Assembly: GCA_963774955.1 (NCBI GenBank)
Contig: CAVZGV010000006.1
Coordinates: forward strand, 223,224 to 287,223
From: Candidatus Falkowbacteria bacterium
Lineage (GTDB): Bacteria > Patescibacteriota > Patescibacteriia > CAIXNZ01
Direction: 5' to 3'
Length of the DNA: 64,000 nt
Below, piece after piece: positions 58,094 to 64,000 of the stretch. Numbering within the stretch: the stretch's first letter is position 1; each line of letters starts with the position of its first letter. The notes beneath the pieces were generated by a model. That model was not told the origin of the DNA. It worked only from the letters and a program-made list of their open reading frames with translations, and ran no database searches. The translations under genes and the position numbers were made by a program.

Positions 58094-61000
58094 TTAATAT
58101 TTATTTAGAAGCGCCCGAGTGCGTGGCCCTACGGAACCGATCGAGTCAAGGTTATTGTCCGTCTGAAACTTTATTACCGCTACTTCTGTTGCGGAATCGT
58201 AATGACCATTAGACAGCATATCAGCTGGTAAATAATCCAAACATTGCAATAACTCCTGCAAATCTTTTACTTCAAGACTATTATTGCCAACCTTGAGCAA
58301 TGAAGTAAAGGTCAGGGTCTTATGGCAGGCTGCTACGGAGTCCCCTGTCGGCTGGGTTGCCGGCGCAGGAGTTTGGAAATTTGTTACCAGAGCCGCGCTT
58401 AAGGCAACTGCTGTCAAATTCAAATCATAATTAATACTGCTGGCGGCAATTATAACCCGAACCGGATTGAAGTCCGCAGTACTATTAATGGGGTCGCCGA
58501 CTTTATAATCCACGAAGAAAGCATCTGACAAATCATCGATCAAAACTTCCCAGCTAGACCCGTATACAGCCTGGGCAATTTCTTCATTGGCAATCCATCT
58601 CAAAGTCCCGTGCAAATCAACAGCATAAACCTTGGGATCAGTAAGCAATTTAATCAGCCTGACACCCGGTTTGGAAGTGACATTTTTACCCAGGGGAATC
58701 TGGGATAATTGCTCATTGGACATAAATTTAACCGCGCCAAAGTCATTATACCAACTATTATATATATTTTCATTCGGGAAGGTATGGCGCTTACCGTCAA
58801 TGCCATAATAATAGACGGTGTCTTCAGAATTCTTTAATAAATCACCTGGTCTTACAATTATTTGCTCACTGCTAGAAATTCTAATTGAAGAAACTATATT
58901 ACTGCCGATAAAATTATCAGCTAAATCGCCGTCATCTGCGGTAAAAACCTCTGAACGACCCTGATAATTTATATGCTGGAATAAAGTCGCAATCGCACCG
59001 CCAACGACTCTGATTGAAGAAGCAAAATCTTGACCCAAAGTATTATTTCTTAAGTCCGGGTCATCAGCCGTAAAAGATTCTGATCTGCCCTGATAATCAG
59101 TGAGCTCATATAGAATTACCATCGGGTTTATACCGAAAGTAAGATCACCTGACTGAACCGGTGGTGTCGGTGGTTCTGTTGGTGTTACTGGCGGTTCTAC
59201 TGGCGGTTCAACAGGAGGAGGAAAGATTGCCGTATAAAATTCTATAGAATCATTTATTATTGGGGAATTCGTGCCATCACTGCTCTTGTAAATCACATAA
59301 ACTGTTTTAATGCCATCACCTGATTCCAGAGTCCAATTCATGGTAGTCGGCGTGGTAAATGGCTGCCAAATGGCCCCGATAAAATTAGGATCATTGCTGA
59401 CAACTACTTGGGCTGCATTTTGCGATTGCAAGTTTAAAGTAACGCCGGTTGAATTAGTAGTGGTTGCGCCATTATTTATTGAGACAGAGTAAGCAGACGG
59501 GTAAATAAAGGTATGACCTCCGCCGCCGACAGGTGCGGTATAAGTAATTGAATTATCGGTTGAGGTTGAGACATTATTGGTATTTCCAGCCAGGTCTGAA
59601 ACATTACTTGCTCCAATATCAGCGATGACAGTTCCGTCAGCGGTAACTACGACTAAAATTTCAAACGTAGTACCGTCATTTGGTGCAACTTCGGTAACCG
59701 TAACCAAACCTGTTGTTGCAGTACCTGTAATAGCCACATCGACGCTGGTAAATGTTGTAATATCAATCGACTCATCAAATACAACCGTAAACCTTACCGG
59801 TGAACTGCTTGCTGGATCTGGCTGGCCGGCCTTTTGCTCAACAGTTACATTAGGGGCAATACTATCGATGGTGTAATTCAAGGTAAATGAAGACGGAGAT
59901 TTATTTCCGGTTGTATCAATGCAGCGCAAATAAACTGTTTTGGATCCTTCACCTGCCAGATTCAAAGTACAGCTGGTAGCGCTACCGCAGCTATTAGCCA
60001 TTAAATCATAAGTTGTATCAACAATATCCCATTTACAATTTACCGTATCACCGCTTGAAGTAAAGACAATGGCTGTTGAATTGTCATTAGTGGTGTCATA
60101 ATATGGCGCGGTTATATCCCCGGCTACGCTGGTGATACTGCCAACTGACGGTGGTAAAGAATCAGTAGTAATTGTGTTATCCGTTGAAGTTGAAACATTA
60201 TTAGTATTTCCGGCCAAGTCAGAAACTCCGCCAGCTGGAATATCTGCGATCACTGTTCCATCCATAGTAACTATAACCGATACATTAAAGGTTGTACCAT
60301 CATTTGGCGCTACTTCGGTTATTGTTACCAAACCGGTTGTGGCTGTGCCGCTTATGGATACATCAACACTGGTAAATGTGCCTGTATTTATCGGCTCGTC
60401 AAATACTGCTGTAAATTCTACTGGCGAAACATTAGTTGGATCTGTCTGTCCTAATTTCTGATCTATGGTAACTGATGGTGAGACTGTATCTTTAGTAAAA
60501 CTGCGGCTGTCAGAGCCGATATTCCCAGCGGCATCAGTATCCCTGACATTCAATGTAAAGGCTACCTGGCCCAGGCCGGCAAAATCTGTAAGCGTTGAAA
60601 ATGCATCGCCGCTGGCACAGCTTTCCCAGCTGCCGCCGTCAATATTGCATTCCTGTGTGCCTGGTTCTGAACTTGTAAAGGTAAATGTGGCTGAGCCGTT
60701 AACTGTACTGGTTGCTGACGGTGCTGTGATAGCCACGGTTGAAGCCACTGTATCAATTACAATCGCATGGACTGCCGCAAAGGTCCCTACTGCCGGCAAA
60801 GTATTATCCGCATCATTTAAACCCGCATCTTTTATTGTTGCGCCATTCAACGATAAATCACTGGTATTGGAGTAATCCAAATCAACGCTGTTTTCCCCGC
60901 CTCCGACTGTGTATCTAAACGTTAATGTATTTGAACCAGTACCGCTATTGTATGTTGCTGTTCCTCCGGAATTTAAAGCCAAGCTCGGCGTACCGCCAGC

Positions 61001-63991
61001 CACATCTACAACGGCTGAATAAGTTACAGTTATATCTATTACTTCGCTGATTGTATAGCTGCCGTCGCCCTTAGCAGTATTTACGGCAGTTATGCTCGGC
61101 GAAGATGTATTAATAACAATAGCATGCGCTGTCGCAAAGGTCCCTACTGCCAGCAAAGTATTATCCGCATTATTTCCTGCCGCATCCTGAATAGTACCTC
61201 CGTTTAAGGTTAAGTCGCCGGTAGTGGAATAGTCCAAGTCTGCGCTGCTATCACCGCCTCCGACTGTATATCTGAACGTCAGAGCATTTGAACCTGTGCC
61301 GCTATTGTATGCTGCTGTTCCTCCTGAATTTAAAGCCAAACTCGGTGTACCGCCGCCAGTATTCACTGTAATCACTTCATCATAAGTCACTGTAATATCT
61401 ATTATTACTCCTGTACTATATGTGCCGTCTGATTTAGCGGTTGTAACTGTTGTGACTGTTGGCGCGGTGGCATCAATTGTGTAATTCAATGTATATGAAG
61501 TTACTGCTTTGTTACCGGCTGTATCTACGCATCTTAAGTAAACTGTCTTAGCTGCTTCACCTGATTCTGTTAATGTACAGTTGGTTGTGCTGGTACAAGT
61601 ATTTGCCATTAAATCATAGGTTGTATCTGAAGTATCCCATTTACAGGTTGCTGCATCGGCATCTGTTGTATAGACAACCAAAGTTGAACTATCATCTGTT
61701 AAATCATAATATGGCGCAGATGTATCTCCGGCTACGCTGGTGATGGCGGTAATTGATGGCGGAGTTGTATCTAAGATAAAATTACCCATACTGGTCCAGG
61801 AAGAAGTTAAGACCCCATCATCATTTTGCGCGCACCAATAATAGGTAGCATCACTGCCGATTGATGAACCGGGTGTCCAGGTTGTACTTTCGTTATTAGT
61901 TGCTGTTGCCGCAGATGTGCCAGAATCAACTATATTACTATTATTATTACAGTCAACTAACGACGTAGATGAAATCCGATAATTCGTTGTGCCGGTATCT
62001 CCGCTGTCAGGATCTGAATAATTGGCTGATAATGTCGGAGTATCATCGTTTGTTGTTGAGCCATTTGAGGGTGATACTAATGTCGGTGCATTCGGTGCCG
62101 TATTACCGGCAGCCGTGGTAATAGCTATTTCTGTGGCATTAGCTTTTTGGCCGGCAAGATCATAAGCCCAGATATTAAAAACATACTGCGTGCTGGCTGA
62201 AAGGCTGCCGACTGTTGTGCTTGTTGTACTATTGTAATCAATAAATCCCAAATCAGAATCAGTGTGCGGTGTATCAGCTTCTGTTACCCCGGACGCTGCC
62301 TGTTTGTAAAATATTTTGTAAGTATCGAAGTTTGTTTCTGTTGTGGCTGCTCCGAAATTTAAGGTTATTGAGTTTATTGTTGTTCCCCCATTAGTTAAAT
62401 TGCCGGGTGCTGTCGGCGCGGTGGCATCAATTGTATAGTCTAACTGCCATGAACTGGTGGCTTTGTTACCGGCTGTATCTACGCATCTTAAGTAAACTGT
62501 CTTAGCAGCTTCACCTGATTCAGTTAATGTACAGTTGGTTGTGCTGGTACAGGTATTTGCCATTAAATCATAGGTTGTATCTGAAGTATCCCATTTACAG
62601 GTTGCTGCGTCTGCATCTGTTGTATAGACAACCAAAGTTGAACTGTCATCTGTTAAATCATAATATGGCGCAGATGTATCTCCGGCTACGCTGGTTATTG
62701 CTGTCACGCTCGGCGCGGTGGCATCAATAGTGTAATCCAATTGATATGAAGTTAAGGCTTTGTTACCGGCTGTATCTACGCATCTTAAGTAAACTGTCTT
62801 AGCAGCTTCGCCTGATTCAGTTAATGTACAGTTGGTTGTGCTGGTACAGGTATTTGCCATTAAATCATAGGTTGTATCTGAAGTATCCCATTTACAGGTT
62901 GCTGCATCGGCATCTGTTGTATAGACAACCAAAGTTGAACTATCATCTGTTAAATCATAATATGGCGCAGATGTATCTCCGGCTACGCTGGTGATGGCGG
63001 TAATTGATGGCGGAGTTGTATCTAAAATAAAATTACCCATACTGGTCCAGGAAGAAGTTAAGACCCCATCATCATTTTGCGCGCACCAATAATAGGTAGC
63101 ATCACTGCCGATTGATGAACCGGGTGTCCAGGTTGTACTTTCGTTATTAGTTGCTGTTGCCGCAGATGTGCCAGAATCAACTATATTACTATTATTATTA
63201 CAGTCAACTAACGACGTAGATGAAATCCGATAATTCGTTGTGCCGGTATCTCCGCTGTCAGGATCTGAATAATTGGCTGATAATGTCGGAGTATCATCGT
63301 TTGTTGTTGAGCCATTTGAGGGTGATACTAATGTCGGTGCATTCGGTGCCGTATTACCGGCAGCCGTGGTAATAGCTATTTCTGTGGCATTAGCTTTTTG
63401 GCCGGCAAGATCATAAGCCCAGATATTAAAAACATACTGCGTGCTGGCTGAAAGGCTGCCGACTGTTGTGCTTGTTGTACTATTGTAATCAATAAATCCC
63501 AAATCAGAATCAGTGTGCGGTGTATCAGCTTCTGTTACCCCGGACGCTGCCTGTTTGTAAAATATTTTGTAAGTATCGAAGTTTGTTTCTGTTGTGGCTG
63601 CTCCGAAATTTAAGGTTATTGAGTTTATTGTTGTTCCCCCATTAGTTAAATTGCCGGGTGCTGTCGGCGCGGTGGCATCAATTGTATAGTCTAACTGCCA
63701 TGAACTGGTGGCTTTGTTACCGGCTGTATCTACGCATCTTAAGTAAACTGTCTTAGCAGCTTCGCCTGATTCTGTTAATGTACAGTTGGTTGTGCTGGTA
63801 CAGGTATTTGCCATTAAATCATAGGTTGTATCTGAAGTATCCCATTTACAGGTTGCTGCATCGGCATCTGTTGTATAGACAACCAAGGTTGAACTGTCAT
63901 CTGTTAAATCATAATATGGCGCAGATGTATCTCCGGCTACGCTGGTTATTGCTGTCACGCTCGGCGCGGTGGCATCAATTGTGTAATCCAA
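58094..63991 (-). CDS. Giant cell-surface protein (more than 1965 aa, N-terminus beyond window): Ig-like/FN3 repeats, beta/gamma-crystallin pair, shared domain, C-terminal PG_binding_1 peptidoglycan-binding domain
   Basis: FN3-like (TYKIFYKQAA...STQYVFNIWAYDLAGQ). Pro-rich linker PPVEPPVEPPVTPTEPPTPP. Crystallin-type YELTDYQGRSESFTADDPDL...SSIRV twice. Shared domain YYYGIDGKRHTFPNE...LIKLLTDPKVYAVDLHGTLRWI. C-terminus LQELLQCLDYL...GPRTRALLNKY. Uninterrupted 5.9-kb ORF. Confidence 0.8.
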   Translation of the reverse strand: MDYTIDATAPSVTAITSVAGDTSAPYYDLTDDSSTLVVYTTDADAATCKWDTSDTTYDLMANTCTSTTNCTLTESGEAAKTVYLRCVDTAGNKATSSWQLDYTIDATAPTAPGNLTNGGTTINSITLNFGAATTETNFDTYKIFYKQAASGVTEADTPHTDSDLGFIDYNSTTSTTVGSLSASTQYVFNIWAYDLAGQKANATEIAITTAAGNTAPNAPTLVSPSNGSTTNDDTPTLSANYSDPDSGDTGTTNYRISSTSLVDCNNNSNIVDSGTSAATATNNESTTWTPGSSIGSDATYYWCAQNDDGVLTSSWTSMGNFILDTTPPSITAITSVAGDTSAPYYDLTDDSSTLVVYTTDADAATCKWDTSDTTYDLMANTCTSTTNCTLTESGEAAKTVYLRCVDTAGNKALTSYQLDYTIDATAPSVTAITSVAGDTSAPYYDLTDDSSTLVVYTTDADAATCKWDTSDTTYDLMANTCTSTTNCTLTESGEAAKTVYLRCVDTAGNKATSSWQLDYTIDATAPTAPGNLTNGGTTINSITLNFGAATTETNFDTYKIFYKQAASGVTEADTPHTDSDLGFIDYNSTTSTTVGSLSASTQYVFNIWAYDLAGQKANATEIAITTAAGNTAPNAPTLVSPSNGSTTNDDTPTLSANYSDPDSGDTGTTNYRISSTSLVDCNNNSNIVDSGTSAATATNNESTTWTPGSSIGSDATYYWCAQNDDGVLTSSWTSMGNFILDTTPPSITAITSVAGDTSAPYYDLTDDSSTLVVYTTDADAATCKWDTSDTTYDLMANTCTSTTNCTLTESGEAAKTVYLRCVDTAGNKAVTSYTLNYTIDATAPTVTTVTTAKSDGTYSTGVIIDITVTYDEVITVNTGGGTPSLALNSGGTAAYNSGTGSNALTFRYTVGGGDSSADLDYSTTGDLTLNGGTIQDAAGNNADNTLLAVGTFATAHAIVINTSSPSITAVNTAKGDGSYTISEVIDITVTYSAVVDVAGGTPSLALNSGGTATYNSGTGSNTLTFRYTVGGGENSVDLDYSNTSDLSLNGATIKDAGLNDADNTLPAVGTFAAVHAIVIDTVASTVAITAPSATSTVNGSATFTFTSSEPGTQECNIDGGSWESCASGDAFSTLTDFAGLGQVAFTLNVRDTDAAGNIGSDSRSFTKDTVSPSVTIDQKLGQTDPTNVSPVEFTAVFDEPINTGTFTSVDVSISGTATTGLVTITEVAPNDGTTFNVSVIVTMDGTVIADIPAGGVSDLAGNTNNVSTSTDNTITTDSLPPSVGSITSVAGDITAPYYDTTNDNSTAIVFTSSGDTVNCKWDIVDTTYDLMANSCGSATSCTLNLAGEGSKTVYLRCIDTTGNKSPSSFTLNYTIDSIAPNVTVEQKAGQPDPASSSPVRFTVVFDESIDITTFTSVDVAITGTATTGLVTVTEVAPNDGTTFEILVVVTADGTVIADIGASNVSDLAGNTNNVSTSTDNSITYTAPVGGGGHTFIYPSAYSVSINNGATTTNSTGVTLNLQSQNAAQVVVSNDPNFIGAIWQPFTTPTTMNWTLESGDGIKTVYVIYKSSDGTNSPIINDSIEFYTAIFPPPVEPPVEPPVTPTEPPTPPVQSGDLTFGINPMVILYELTDYQGRSESFTADDPDLRNNTLGQDFASSIRVVGGAIATLFQHINYQGRSEVFTADDGDLADNFIGSNIVSSIRISSSEQIIVRPGDLLKNSEDTVYYYGIDGKRHTFPNENIYNSWYNDFGAVKFMSNEQLSQIPLGKNVTSKPGVRLIKLLTDPKVYAVDLHGTLRWIANEEIAQAVYGSSWEVLIDDLSDAFFVDYKVGDPINSTADFNPVRVIIAASSINYDLNLTAVALSAALVTNFQTPAPATQPTGDSVAACHKTLTFTSLLKVGNNSLEVKDLQELLQCLDYLPADMLSNGHYDSATEVAVIKFQTDNNLDSIGSVGPRTRALLNKY
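61470..63991. repeat. Near-identical ~1.25-kb tandem DNA repeats inside the giant gene (at least 2 copies, continuing past window end)
   Basis: For example tcggcgcggtggcatcaat at 62710 and 63961 (period 1251 bp). Blocks 61780-62740 and 63040-63991 are almost base-identical. Protein repeats DATAPSVTAITSVAGDTS... five times. Confidence 0.85.
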
Positions 63992-64000
63992 TTGATATGA

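Overview
This is a low-GC bacterial chromosomal fragment with about 70 CDS, mostly on the minus strand. Gene content (many glycosyltransferases, giant secreted surface proteins, an ECF sigma factor followed by a DUF5667-like membrane protein, GIY-YIG mini-genes, a four-helix-bundle protein, a compact infC-rpmI-rplT operon) resembles an ultra-small Patescibacteria/CPR-type genome; that assignment is inference from gene content only. Main blocks: (1) 1-3.6 kb and 19-27 kb, a surface polysaccharide locus with GT4/GT2 glycosyltransferases, a UXS-like UDP-glucuronate decarboxylase, GtrA, a GT4-polyprenyl-phosphate sugar phosphotransferase fusion, a Wzy/O-antigen-ligase-like protein, a radical SAM enzyme and a Wzz-like protein. 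(2) 4.2-15 kb and 58-64 kb, five secreted proteins (an S8 subtilase, a Big-domain protein and three giant repetitive adhesin-like proteins) that all carry the same unassigned ~110-aa domain. Between them sit one intact and one 5'-truncated IS200/RAYT-like HUH transposase gene, and REP-like hairpin families lie around them. (3) 15-19 kb, an ECF sigma factor plus DUF5667-like putative anti-sigma factor, then a 4 x ~120-bp tandem array carrying 19-bp palindromes directly upstream of a small HTH gene. (4) 31-34 kb, smpB, tmRNA (ssrA), a 58-bp direct repeat pair, a GIY-YIG gene, and infC-rpmI-rplT. (5) 34.2-38.1 kb, a tight plus-strand operon of CYTH-like protein, B12-binding radical SAM enzyme, dTMP-kinase-like P-loop kinase and TrpF-like TIM barrel, with no obvious known pathway; this is my best candidate for an undescribed system. 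(6) 38-56 kb, mixed housekeeping genes (lgt, a flotillin-like protein, tRNA-Asp) among several frameshifted genes: cca, a cyclophilin lipoprotein, pgi and a heavily decayed ppsA.
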